From the NCBI GenBank assembly GCA_965153455.1, contig OZ234493.1, forward strand, positions 35,578,213-35,642,212: a DNA stretch of 64,000 nucleotides. The letters run 5' to 3'. Numbering within the stretch: position 1 is the stretch's first letter; the number at the start of each line of letters is the position of its first letter. The notes under the pieces are model-generated. The model made no database searches. It worked only from the letters and a program-made list of their open reading frames with translations, and was not told the origin of the DNA. This document shows positions 1-11,970 of the stretch, in pieces. The DNA comes from Sphagnum compactum. Taxonomy: Eukaryota. The position numbers were made by a program, and so were the translations under genes.

Positions 1-3000
1 CGAGGCTCAATGAACCCCGGCCCAAATGTGCTAAATGTGGGATGCCGCATAGGACAGAGAATTGTGGTGTGAAGTGTTCCTTTTGTGCAGGATTAGGGCA
101 TTCGGAGGACAGATGCTGGAAGAAACCAAGGGATGGGAAGATGCACCCCGGATCAGCTAACTTCCTGGAAGTGATGCTGGATGATGAGGAAGCGACTCTT
201 CACCGGCTTAACGAGCTGTGTGGGAGTGAGAACTTGTTCTCCTACACTCGGGTACCAAGAAGAAGAAATCCTGTGGAGGTTACGCCAGCAGCGTCTGGAC
301 TAACAGCTGACGCTACAAATGTGGGAGCAGAAGGCAATCGGGAAGGGTCTGTCAAGTCTAAGATTCTCTCCCACTTTATCAAAGGAAAGGTATCACTGAC
401 GCCGATGGAGACAATGATGATGATACCGGGAGAACTGGAGCACCTTGAGAATCTTGTGAAGGTAGCTCAAAGAAAGAAAGACACGGAGGCGGCAAACACC
501 CAAGTGACGATGGTTTCAGCCGTCCCAACACTCAGGCGCCTGTACATCAGCAAGACGCACAGGAGCAAAACACTCCACCTTTCGGTGGAAGTGAATCAAT
601 GTTTGATTGAGGGACTGGTGGACACTGGAGCATCCATGTCAGTCATGGCAGCTGCAGTGGTTCGAAAGCTGGGTCTAATGCATTTGGTAACTGGATCGGA
701 AGCATACAAGACGGCCTCAGGTGCCATTACGCAGGCACTCGGCTGAATTGAGGAGGTGCCGATAAAAGTTGGAGGGGTACAATGCAGGATGACATTCATG
801 GTTGTGGATACTGATAGCTATGATGTTTTGCTCGGGCTTGATCTGCTGATCAAGATTGGTGCGATTGTGGATGTAGAGCAGGGACTGATCCAAGTCAGGC
901 GAGGTCCTGGCGCTGATGTGGAAGTGCTGCCACTCACCATGGTAAACCTGTTGCAGAGGTCGGGGTCAGCCACTGGTGACCACCATGATGATTGTGTTCA
1001 GAGACAAGCACCTGGAATTACGGAAATGAGGAGGGGAGCGTCCTATTTGTCTCGACAAGATACGGGTAAACAGTTAGCTGAGCTGGAATCTGAGTCGGAT
1101 TCTGGCTCAAGCGAAGAATCTGATGAAGAGAATCAAGCGGGGGGTACAGTTGAAGGTGAATCTGAGTTCGGGAACATCGAACTTGAAGATTTAGTGTCAA
1201 AAGAGGGGCCACCACAAATTCTGTAGCTGATGCTGCAAAACAAAGCAGACGATTTGCTGAAAGAGGAGATTACTGATGATGAGGATTATGCCGACTGGAT
1301 CCAATGGGCTGCAGAAGAGGAGCAACGTATGCAGAGCCTTTCGGAAGCAGCAATTGCAGCCGAAGAATCCGTGCTACTGCAGCTTCAGCAGATGGAGGTC
1401 GTTGATTCGAGTGGCTGTGTAGAGGAGCGCATCATGAAGAACCCCAAGGAGGACACACGGTGGGGCGAAATTTGTCAGAAGATCAGAATTGATCAGCACT
1501 TGGACAAAGGGATGGAGCGACAGTTATGGTGCGTTCTGGAACAATATCAAGATGTATTCGCCTGGAACAAAAGGGAACTTGGATGTTGCAACGTTGGAGA
1601 GCATCAAATCGACACACAAGGGTTCCCACCTTGTAAGGTAGCCCTTGGTCGATTGTCGTATTGGGAAGAGGTAGAGGTAAACAGGCAGATTAATGTGTTG
1701 GTCGAGTTGGGAAAAATGCGGCCAAGCAACTCAGCATACGCCTGCCGTGTAACTCTGCCTGTCAAGAAAGATGGAAGTAGACGATTCTGTGGGGATTACA
1801 GACCCCTCAATTTGCAAACTCGGAGGGATTCATTCCCCATGCCTCTTGTGGAGGATATCATTTCTCAATTGGGCAAGTCAGCATGGTTCACTGCACTGGA
1901 TCTGCAGTCGGGATTCTGGCAGATCAAGATGGCTCCAGAGGACATGGGAAAGACGGCACTGGTTACTAAAAGTGGGTTGTTCGAATGGACTGTCATGCCA
2001 TTCGGACTCAAGAATGCCACAAGTACCTTTACGCGGACTATGACCGAAGTCTTCAAGGGTTTGGGGGACTCATTCCTGAAGATCTTCGTTGATGACCTCA
2101 ATGTCCACAGTAAGGAATGGCAAGATCATCTTCAACACCTGGGAGCTGTACTCTCCAGACTAAGGGAAGTAAACCTGAAGTTGAACCCGGGCAAGTGCTG
2201 TTTTGCTGCAGGCAGTGTAGTCTTCCTAGGACATGTAGTCAGCAAGGAAGGGACTAGACCTGATCCCAGTAAGGTCGATGCAGTGCGGGGATTCCCGGCG
2301 CCTACAACGGTTACCAATGTTAGATCCTTCCTGGGATTGACAGGATACTACCGCAAATATATTAAGGGATATTCGAAATTGGCAGGTCCTTTGTTTGAGC
2401 TCACTAAGAAAGATGTGGTTTTTGTCTGGAATCAGGATTGCCAGAGGGCGTTTGCCGATTTGAAGAAAGCTCTGATGGGAGCCCCAATTCTGGTGAGGCC
2501 GAATTTCAAGGAGCCATTTTGCCTCGATGTAGACTGGTCGACCAAGGGGGTTGGTGCGATTCTGTCACAGAGAGAAGGTAGATTTGAAAGGGTTATAGCT
2601 TACGCCAGCAAGGCATTGACATTGGCACAAAGGAAGTTTCACCCCATGGAAGGGGAATGCTATGCTTTGATATGGGGAATCTTGCATTTCAGGCAATACT
2701 TGCATAGAACCCACTTCACGTTGAGGACAGACCATAAGCTGCTCGAGTGGCTAGCGACTGTGTCCGATGCGCATGGAAGGAGAGGCCGATGGATTGACCT
2801 GCTGCAGGACTACAGCTTTAAGATAGTCCACAGACCGGGCATGAGGCATGCGAATGCTGATGCTCTTAGTCGGAATCCGGTGGGGAAGGCTATGGATGAT
2901 GAGGACTTCCAACAGGAGATCCAGGATGATCCACATACACAACCCGAAGTGGCCGAGACAATTGAGAAGGTATTAGCTGTTCGGTATGGCCAGCATATGG

Positions 3001-4637
3001 AGTGGCTTGGAAATAGGAGGCAGTTATGGGGGCATACTGAGCGTCAAAGGCATAGTCACGGGATCAAACATTGGCATGACTCAGATCCTCACCACCTGTT
3101 CATGATTGACTTGGTGACAGCAACGGATTCTGAGGAAGAGGCGACCCCAAGTGCAGAACAGATGGAGGTAACTGAGCATGAAAACTTGGAAGTCGACCAT
3201 GGTGAGTTGAGGCATTGGAAAGGCCAGATAAAGTATTATGACAGAAGGCAACAGCTGGAGCTGGTTCTTGCTGCTTAAGGATTGTCTGAAATCGAAGGCC
3301 GCGAGATCAACCCAACCACTGTGGGTGAAGAAGCTAAGTATGGGGTTGAAGTGAAGGAGCCCGACATATGGAAGGATGCGATCTGTCTGGCGCTCCTGAA
3401 AGAGGGAGTGCTACCCGATATGGTTGAGCAGGAGGAGGGCAAGAGGGCTAGGAAGCGAGCAGAGCACTACTGTTGGAAAGAGCAGAGGCTCTTCTTCAAA
3501 GACCTGTATGTGCCCAGGCCTGAAGAAAGAAGGTCACTAATGATTCAGATGCATGAGGATCTGGGACATTCGGGCGAACAGAGGCTCTTGACCGAGATTT
3601 GTCGAAGGTATTTCTGGCACTGCCGAATTGAGGACGTCAAGTCGGTGGTCAGAAGTTGCCAGCAATGTCAGCTGGTCAAGAGTGAAGGAAGCGTCCGATC
3701 TGGGGATGAGAGACTCAAAAGCATCCCAGTCTGTGATTTGTTTTACAGAGTGGCAATGGACACTGCTGGACCACTGCCTGAGACCAAGGCAGGAAACAAG
3801 TACATACTTGTGGCCATCAACCATTACTCCAAATGGTGTGAAGCCAAGGCCGTAGCTGATCATGGTGCAAAGACGGCAGCTAGGTTCCTTGAGGACGATT
3901 TGATTTGTAGGTATGGAGTACCTGGTTTCATACTAACTGACAACGGAGGGGAGTGGGGTGCAGAGTTTGAAGTCATGTGCAAGGACTATGCTATACAGCA
4001 TCAGCGCACGGCACCTCAATGGCCCCAATGCAACGGGATGGCAGAATGCATGATCAAAACCATCAAGCATGGTATCACGGTTCTGGCCACGAATCTTGCA
4101 AATGTTGACTGCTGGGATGAACACCTAGCGAAAGTTTTGTTTGGGTACAAGTGTGGGGTCCAGGCGAGCACCAAGTTCTCGCCATTCATGGTTCTGACCG
4201 GTCGATCACCAAGACTCAGAGCTGACAACTATCTGAGTGCACTGACTGGAGTTGTGGATGATGGAGTTGATGTTGAGCAGATTGCAGCACAGTTTCTGGA
4301 GAAGGTGAAGCTCATAGCAAGCATCCATGAGAACGTATTGCTCAACGTAGAACAGGCACAGAAGAAGCAACGAAGCACGTATGCAAACAGGAAAGGCAAG
4401 CACCTGTTGGAAGGTCTCACTGCTGGAGAAACCATGGTCAAAATGAAGAAGCCCGGCAAGAAGCGTGCGTTGGCCGCGAGCTGGAAAGGCCCGTACCGAT
4501 TTGTTGGACATGTGGATGGGAAAGGCAACTATGACTTTGAAGAAGGCTGTCGTCTGTGTGTTGTCCAGGATGCTGATGGGCGTCAATGGGAGAGATCTAG
4601 GAGGGACCTACAGATATTCCACATGCAACCAGATTGA
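1..4637 (+). mobile_element. Ty3/Gypsy LTR retrotransposon gag-pol (5' end outside window), inactivated by 3 in-frame stops
   Basis: ORFs 42, 756, 1230 and 3282 share one frame. Domains in order: Gag zinc knuckles (CAKCGMPHRTENC, CSFCAGLGHSEDRC), protease VDTGA, RT (RFCGDYRPLN, LDLQSGFWQI, MPFGLKNA, FVDD), RNase H (DWS, EGECYA, TDH), integrase (HHCC, MDTAG/TDNG/AE catalytic triad, WKGPY GPY/F motif). PR-RT-RH-INT order defines Gypsy. Stops at 744-746, 1224-1226, 3276-3278. Confidence 0.97.
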
Positions 4638-4662
4638 ACAGCGCTGAGGGACTCAGCTTTTT

Positions 4663-4675
4663 AAGAAGGGAGGGG
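4663..4675 (+). other. Polypurine tract of the Gypsy element
   Basis: aagaagggagggg lies just after the pol stop and 7 nt before TGTAAC. Confidence 0.8.
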
Positions 4676-4682
4676 CTACATA

Positions 4683-5190
4683 TGTAACCCTAAATCAGGT
4701 TACATCAACTTCTGGGTGTCACTGATCAAGGAAGTGGGCTGTTGGTTAGTAGGAGCCGTTTGTTTCCATGACGGCTGCTTTTACTTTACTTCCACATGGG
4801 AAGCTTTGTTGATTTGGGAGAGGGGTGATGCACTGAGAGATTTGCATGGCGGTTGCACTGAATGGGTATGGAGCCTGTGTGGCGGCTCCGAATTATGGCT
4901 AGGGTCGGCGATGCAATTATGGAGAATGGCGGTTTGGCACGGGAGAATGGCTGAAGCTTCTGGACGAAGCTAACGATTGAGGAATTAAGGATAGGAAGGA
5001 CGGGTTTTAGAACGGACAATTTTTGGGGGGAGAGAGGAAGGAAGACAGTAGTGAGGAGAGAGGTAGGAGTTGGATAGGGAAGAGCTTGGCTGTACTGAGA
5101 ATTTTCCGCTGCGTCTGAGGTAGAGTTGAGCTCCTGTTGCAGAAATAGACAAGAGGAATTAGGGCGAGGGAGGGCAGCACATGGGGGAAC
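4683..5190 (+). mobile_element. 3' LTR, truncated
   Basis: Starts tgtaaccctaaatcaggttaca, homologous to the solo LTR start (tgtaacacgaaatcaggtcgttaca). Shares ttttccgctgcg with it. No terminal GTTACA is seen; it runs abruptly into AT-rich hAT debris near 5190. Confidence 0.7.
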
Positions 5191-5199
5191 GCTTTTTTT

Positions 5200-5900
5200 T
5201 AGATAACCTAATGGAAGAAGATGTTATAATTGGTGTTGAACTGGATTTGTGAGATTCCAACATCAAAAGAGAGGTATGTAATGTTTTGAATGTTTTTATT
5301 TATTTTCTTAAGAAGTTTAATATTTGAAATATCGGAACCTTAGAATATTTTTTATTTTTATTGGTAAAGAACTGAGAGTTGTTGTTATTGAGGACTATGA
5401 CAAGGAAGCTTTCTTCCCTATGCTTTTGAAAACCCATCATTTTTTGCACTGTTTAGTTATTTTGAATTTGTGGAAAAGAAAGCAAGTGACAAAGACTCTA
5501 ACCTTGACATTTTTTAGATGACCTTAAAGACAAATGAAGCCTCCAAAAAGTTGGTGAAGCGAGAGGTGGATCAATTCCAAAAACATCATAATATAAAGGA
5601 CATTAAGTGCCCTTTGGATTGGTGGGTTAAGCACAAGCCCATGTTTCCTATAGTTGCATTTATGACCTGCCAAATCTTGGGCATAATTTGCATAATTTGC
5701 TTTTGGGTAAGATTGATAGGTCAATTATTGTTCATTTAATAAAAAACCCATGTGATCAAATTGTAGAGCTTGTGCGATATCCATGCTACACCTTTTGAAC
5801 CATACCGACACAACCATGTGCACTAGTCTTAGTTTTTAAGAATTGCATTAGGGATATTTGAATGTGATAAGGCTATTAAGGGTTTTTAACAAGTTGAGGT
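5200..5900 (+). mobile_element. Degenerate hAT transposase C-terminal (dimerization domain) fragment
   Basis: Translation KDIKCPLDWWVKHKPMFPIVAFMTCQILGI fits the hAT dimerization pattern (L-x-WW...FP...IL-x-I). Frameshifted; boundaries approximate. Confidence 0.75.
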
Positions 5901-7369
5901 TAAAATAAGGAATGATGAGTGTGCATGGTTGCATGGGGGGTTTTTTTTTTTTTGAAATTCGATATCAAATGAATAAAGTGCTGGGTTAATTCTTTTCTTC
6001 AATGAAAAGCAAGTAATCATAATTTTAAAACCTCAATTGTGTGATTAGGGGCAAGAAATTTCTAGAGGGTTAGGGCTAAAAGTAGACACCGAAATTCGTA
6101 ATGCTCAACAAAACATTGGCCTTGTTCTGGTATTTAATGGGTAACGAGGATGTTTAAGATTTGTGAAGCAGTTGAGGGGGTGTTAATGAAGGGTCCAATG
6201 GAGATAGAATAATCTTCAAACATTATAAGCGTAAGATTAATTCAAGACAACTTAATGATTAAATAAATAGTGTGATAGGGTGGCAGTGACAACATGAATT
6301 TCATGATGAATGATACATTTATTCAGATTATGGATAAGTTCAACGAGGATGCATCGAATGGTGCGAACTAAGTAATTTGCATTGCTATTAGGAGGCAGTC
6401 CATGAATCAAACCGTGCAACCAACGATAGTGTTTGACGCCGAAAATTGAAGACCATGCGAAGATAGAAGTGTCTTCAATTTTGTAACAACTTTCACAAAC
6501 GCTTTTAAGTTCATCACTAGAAGTGGGGTCGACTTGCAACAAAATCACCAAGGTGCGAAAATTCAAGAAATGCGATAATACCAAGCTCAAAGGGGTTCAA
6601 CTTTAGGACGAGGCGCACCTCTCATGATTTGGGATTTTCATTACGAGGATGCTGCGTAAATGTCAAATCTAGGGATGATTTTGGAGGCAGTTCTTCATTC
6701 ACTTGTGTAGTTTGAGGCCCGTAAAAAGTGGTCATGCGCCATGCCATGAATTCAAAGAAAGAAAAAAAAATCTTCAATCAAAATCAACTTGACGATGAAT
6801 GTGTGGAAAACTTGGTACATCAAGATGCGTGGTTGTAATTTATAGGTCAAGGAAAAAGAAAGAAAGGCATAAAATAATGGTCTAGAACCATGGTGAAGTA
6901 AAACCTTAAGATCAATGGAAAAAAAAAAGGTTTTAATGAAATTATTTAGGGGGGAAAGTGAGAAAAGGTGGAAAGGATGTTTTTCCTTTTCTTTCAAATA
7001 TTACCAAACATTAGAAACTTTCAAAGACCACCAAACATTGGAACCTTCCATAGGCCATCGAGTTGAGGTCTTCCTTCACCTTCTTCCCTTTCCATCTTTT
7101 TGAAGGTGCGAATTTGGGTCATTTGGGTTTCTTTATTTTCTGGACATAATTTTCAATTTGAATCTTGAGAAGTTTGTTCCTACAACTTTCCTTGGGAGGA
7201 GAAGAATGATTAGTCTTAATAAATGGTGGAAAGAAGGAGAATGGATTGGATGATAATAGTACCTTCGAAGGAATGGAAGTGAGTAAGGGTAGTTTTGGGA
7301 GTTTGAAATCTTAGAGAAATTTCACAAGACCTTTCGAGTTTCGCAACATAATTTTATAAAATTTAGGTG

Positions 7370-7680
7370 TAGAACCTGAAACTTGGTAAGTAGATGCGCC
7401 TTGTAACTAGCTTTCTAACGAGCTAAGGCAAGTTATATTTGGATAACTTATGTGATAAGAATAATATTTTAAATGACTGGTCTGTTGTCAAGTTGAACTT
7501 TCTACCTTCGTGAAACCCTCTTGGATTTTGTAGCATTACTTTTTATTGGTTTGGGTACAGAGCTTGAAATTTGGCGAGCAAGTGCGCCTTATAGCTAACG
7601 TTTTAATGAATTAATGCAAAATGTGATAGGAATGAATTTTTGAGTGACAAGAGGTCTGCTATCAAGTTGAACATGGTGTC
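7370..7680. repeat. Diverged ~188-bp tandem duplication within an old TE
   Basis: gaacctgaaacttggtaagtagatgcgcctt...ggtctgttgtcaagttgaac recurs as gagcttgaaatttggcgagcaagtgcgcctt...ggtctgctatcaagttgaac. Confidence 0.65.
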
Positions 7681-8295
7681 GAATCCTTAAAAGTTGGTTT
7701 AAATGGGTGACAACTTGACATAAATTTATAGGATTTGGAGTGTTTGAACTTAGAAAATACATTTATCAAATCTAAATCATTAATGATGCATAGCAGGTAA
7801 ACTATTTGGTTTCAACTACAAATGCAACTTAACATCTAGAGATACACTTTGCATTTTTTCCTTCACCAGTAGCATATGTGCCTTCGAGTATAATCACCTC
7901 ATAGAACCGGGAGTAGAGGGACAAAAAAACGCTTCATACACCGTGTTTCTTCAAATTCCTAAATTGCCTTTTTAGACATGATGTTATTTAACCACATGTT
8001 CTTCAGCCTCTATAGTTTCACCTTCAATGTTATTATTGGCAAAACTTACAAAAACTTGTAAATTAAGATTGAAAATAAATTAATTTACAACTAGATCATT
8101 TGGAGACTCCATGTAAGCAAAGGGGGGAAAATCAAAAGCACAAAAAAAGGTGTTTTAGAATTTCAAAAGGTATAGGGTTTAGGGAAGCCAAGGAAAAGCC
8201 TGGATGAACTTGGTATAACCTATAACCCAACGATGAGCTTGTTCAAGGTGAAATCATAAGCTTGTTAAAAATCGAGCTTAAGAAGGAAAACCTAA

Positions 8296-9245
8296 TGTAA
8301 CACGAAATCAGGTCGTTACACCAGTGTGAACACAAGGGGTTTTGAGGCTTGATTTGTGTTTTATTAGCCGCCATGATGCTGGCGGCGGAAGTCTCTTCTG
8401 TACTACTGCATGGGAGTGCATGGGGAGGTCTCTCTAAGTGTGAGTAATTGGAAGGACAAGAACAAGGCGGCTGGAAATAATGAAGAGGAGTGGAGCTGCA
8501 TCAATGAGCGAAGATGGAGGGACTGACGGCGGCGGATGAGGCGGTTAAGGGAAAAAGCGGGAAAGGAGGACGGTGGGAGGGGAGAGCTGGTCTGATGGAG
8601 AGAGGATAGACGGAAGGCATTAGAGTTTTTGGGAGAGCTGGTGGCGAGTTGGGTTCGTGGCGTTAGTAACCAGAGCACGTCCAGCTCCATGATTTAGAAA
8701 TAATACTAAGGAAGGGATCGAGGCTGTAAAAAGAAAATTTGGAGATGGTGGTCTGGGCGGTTGAAGTGTGCCCGATAGTAGAAGTAGCGGAGTTGAAAAA
8801 GAGGAGGAGATGAGGAGTTTTGTGTTGGTCTTGGTTTAGAGTAGTGCCGAGTGTGGCAGATGAGTTACGAGATACTCAGATAGATAGATTTAGATGTTTG
8901 AAGGAACAACTTGGCTGAGTTGCTGATCTTTTCCGCTGCGCTCAGCAACTTGGCTGAGTAATTGTTTGTTTTCTGATGAACATTGGAATGAGGAAACTTG
9001 TACTCGCTATTTAGTCTGTGATTGAAGCTGTGAAGCTCTGGTTTCTGCGGTTACATCTGTCGATTCAGTACTAGTCATCTTTGTGTGATGATCTGAGGAT
9101 GTGTGAGAGAAGATCGTGAGACGGAGAGTGAGAGGAATTAAGGGTATGCTGTTAGACTCAGAATCTCAGAGGACGTTGATCCAAGGCAGAATAATCAGGT
9201 GTTCAAGTTTGGTTGTATAGTCTAGCACTCTCTTTTTTGGTTACA
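8296..9245 (+). mobile_element. Solo LTR (950 bp), related to the upstream Gypsy LTR
   Basis: TGTAAC...GTTACA inverted termini with 4-bp direct repeat ctaa on both sides (8292-8295, 9246-9249). Start and an internal motif match the LTR at 4683. Confidence 0.88.
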
Positions 9246-9996
9246 CTAACATCATTAATCAAAACAGAAGATTTAGGGTCAAGCGAAAAAACTACAAAAA
9301 AGCCCAAAAACCCGAGTGAATTTGCTGTAATTTACAATTTTTGCTTGATGAGCTTATTTCAACTTTCGCAATAATCGACAAACATATGAGCACACATCAC
9401 ACAAAAAAATTTGAATTTGAAGTTCATTCGAAAATCAACTTTTGGAGTAGACAAACACATAACACACAAATTTGAAAATCAAAGATCTAGATTCAAATTA
9501 AGGCATTTGACGAAAAATGTTCAAAAATGAACAATGAATTCGCAAAAAACTTAAGTTGGGCAATGTGAAACAAAAAACTTGGAGACTTGTGTTTTTTTGG
9601 TGACCTTAAGAGAAAAACAACTTCAAAATACATAATCTCAGACCTTAAAACTAAAAACACAAACATTTGGATGTTTTGTGTTTGCTCATTTTCATTTGTT
9701 GGAATGTTGTTTGTAGTTTGTAAGAAGATGGGCTCCAACATTGATCCTTTGTTGCTAGTCACCAACAAAATCGTTGAGTGTCATCACTTGTGCTCATTGA
9801 TGTGATAATCACCAATGGTGCATTCAACACTCATTAACATAAGCATGCAACCAAAAAGAGAGGTTGCTTCCTGAGTCTTGAAGTTCTCAAATGAAGTTTT
9901 TTTCATCCTCAAACTTTAAACCTAAAAACTAAAATCCTACACTTTGGCCATGCAGCTAAATCAGTTGTGTGCTATGGGTGTTGGGGCGAGGTGCAG

Positions 9997-11970
9997 ATGT
10001 TGAAATTGAGTTCACAAAGTCACAATTGATTAAAGGCATCCCAGGAACACTGTTTTGCATCTGGTATGTGCTGAAGAAGCACTGGCTGGCAAACAACACT
10101 CTCGGTCTGGCATTTTCAATCCAGGTTACACTCACTTTCCTTCAACTTTTCTCTTTCTCAGGGTGGACTGTTGCATGTGTCCATGCAAGCATTGGCGAAA
10201 GGGTTTGTTTCCCTTAAGTCCAGTAAAGCAGAATATGGATTTCAATTTCTTGGTTTCTTTGTAACAAGTCATATCATTCCTCAGGCCTGTTGATGCCATA
10301 CAGCTACACTCAGCTGGAGAATGTGAGTAGTCTAGTTATGAGCTTGACAACAATGAGCAAACAGATGGTCACTTGTTTTGGTTGCTCTCTATGCAAAGTA
10401 CACTCATGGTTGAAGATTCTCCAAGCTGACCTGAAATTTTGAACAGAGCTCAGAGACAAGAAAGGGGTTCTAAGAAGGAATGGTTTTGAATGAATCATGC
10501 AGGGCATTGAGATGCTGTCATTGGGTTCTTTCAAAATTGGTGCTATCCTCTTGGTAAATGTCCCTTCTACCTCCTCTTAAAGTTGGTCACCATAAATTGA
10601 GAGGATTTCATCCTGTGCTGCATGTGCAGTTTGGCTACCACAAGACTTGCCAGGCTCAGTTCTTACTGACTCTCTAGTCTTTTTAGTTACATACCAAGTT
10701 TTCAGAGAAGTGGCTGAGCAATTGTGTCCTGAAAGGCTGATGTGGCCAAATTGATGGATGCCTCAATCCTAACTTGGTAATATCGTATGCAGGCAGGGCT
10801 GTTCATATATGATATTTTTTGGGTTTTTTTCACACCTTTAATGGTTAGTGTGGCAAAGTCATTTGATGCTCCCATTAAGGTTTGTCTTCTCCTCTTCTAC
10901 AACAATCTGACAAATACTGTTGAGTCTTGACATTTTATTGTTGCATTCTGTAATTCCTGGTCTTAGAGAACTGTTATGGTCAGGTGGCCAGCCGAGCTAC
11001 TGTAGGGAAATGCTCATGAAGGCAACATGTTTAGTTGTGCCAAGTTTTGTAATATTTCTTACTGTTGCCTGTGTTTTTGGACTTGTTAGGCCTACACTGG
11101 CATGTAGGCCTTTAGTCCATGACAATGGTGAATGTCTTATTGACAGCTACTCCTTGTTTTGGCCAGCTTATCTTTCCAACAGGAGATGTGGCACGACCTT
11201 TTTCAATGTTGGGTCTTGGGGACATTGTAATTCCAGGTTTAATCCTGACTCTATAAATGTTCTGGGATTGTAGGCAAGCATAGATTCTAGTTGGGATTTT
11301 TCAACAGATAAATCTCTATGTCAATACTTATGTGAACTTTCTGAACCATAGGATGAGAGTGTGTCTGATTTCTATTGGATTGATGTGTGCATTGTGGGTG
11401 CAGGCATTTTTGTAGCTCTTGCATTGCGATTGATATGTCTCGTGGTTGCAAGAAAGCCTACTTTAATAGTGCCTTTGCTGGCTACACTACTGGCCTACTG
11501 GTCACCATCTTAGTAATGAACTGGTTTCAGGCTGCCCAGGTCCTTCCCAGACACTTGAACCCAATGTCAAGTCATATATCTCCTCAAGACAGATTTATCT
11601 AGAACTTTTGCATATTTTCTTGTTGACAGGTATTTGTGGTTTTTTGTGGAATGGCAGCCATTGCTGCTCTATATAGTGCCATGTGTGATTGGATTTTTGG
11701 CAGTGCATTGTGGAATAAATGGTGAGATCAAACACGTACGTGTGCAACTGACTTCTGCATCTCAATTGTTGCATTTGAGGTCTTGTCTTGTCATTTCCTC
11801 AAGTTTGTAAGCTGTCCTTCAACTTCTATTACTTGGACTTGACATGCTGGTTGTTTCTGCAGCTACCTGAATTTGATGAGTCTGTGGACACTGCGGGGGA
11901 TGAATCTGCTGATGCTTCTTCAGAGATAGCAGAAGTTGAGTTGAAGTCTGAAAACAAGAAATCTGACTGA
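9997..11970 (+). pseudogene. SPP: Signal peptide peptidase (GxGD aspartyl protease, A22B), 3' seven exons only, frameshifted
   Basis: GT-AG exons 9997-10124, 10503-10553, 10793-10879, 11167-11236, 11404-11539, 11658-11735, 11863-11970. They give KHWLANNTLG, LFIYDIFWVF (YD), LGLGDIVIPG (GxGD) and a C-terminal KKSD (ER-retrieval-like). One T is missing at 11430-11431 (cgattgat instead of cga ttt gat, RFD). QPALLY reads QPLLLY. No 5' exons are visible upstream. Confidence 0.88.

Noticed and set aside
744..3278. Programmed stop-codon readthrough in gag-pol
   Set aside because: Three different stops, one inside the protease domain, each explained by a single C-to-T change. Decay is the simpler explanation.
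6252..7300. Minus-strand 112-aa ORF and neighbouring broken frames
   Set aside because: Probably decayed TE coding sequence, but I cannot assign a family, so it is not called as a gene.
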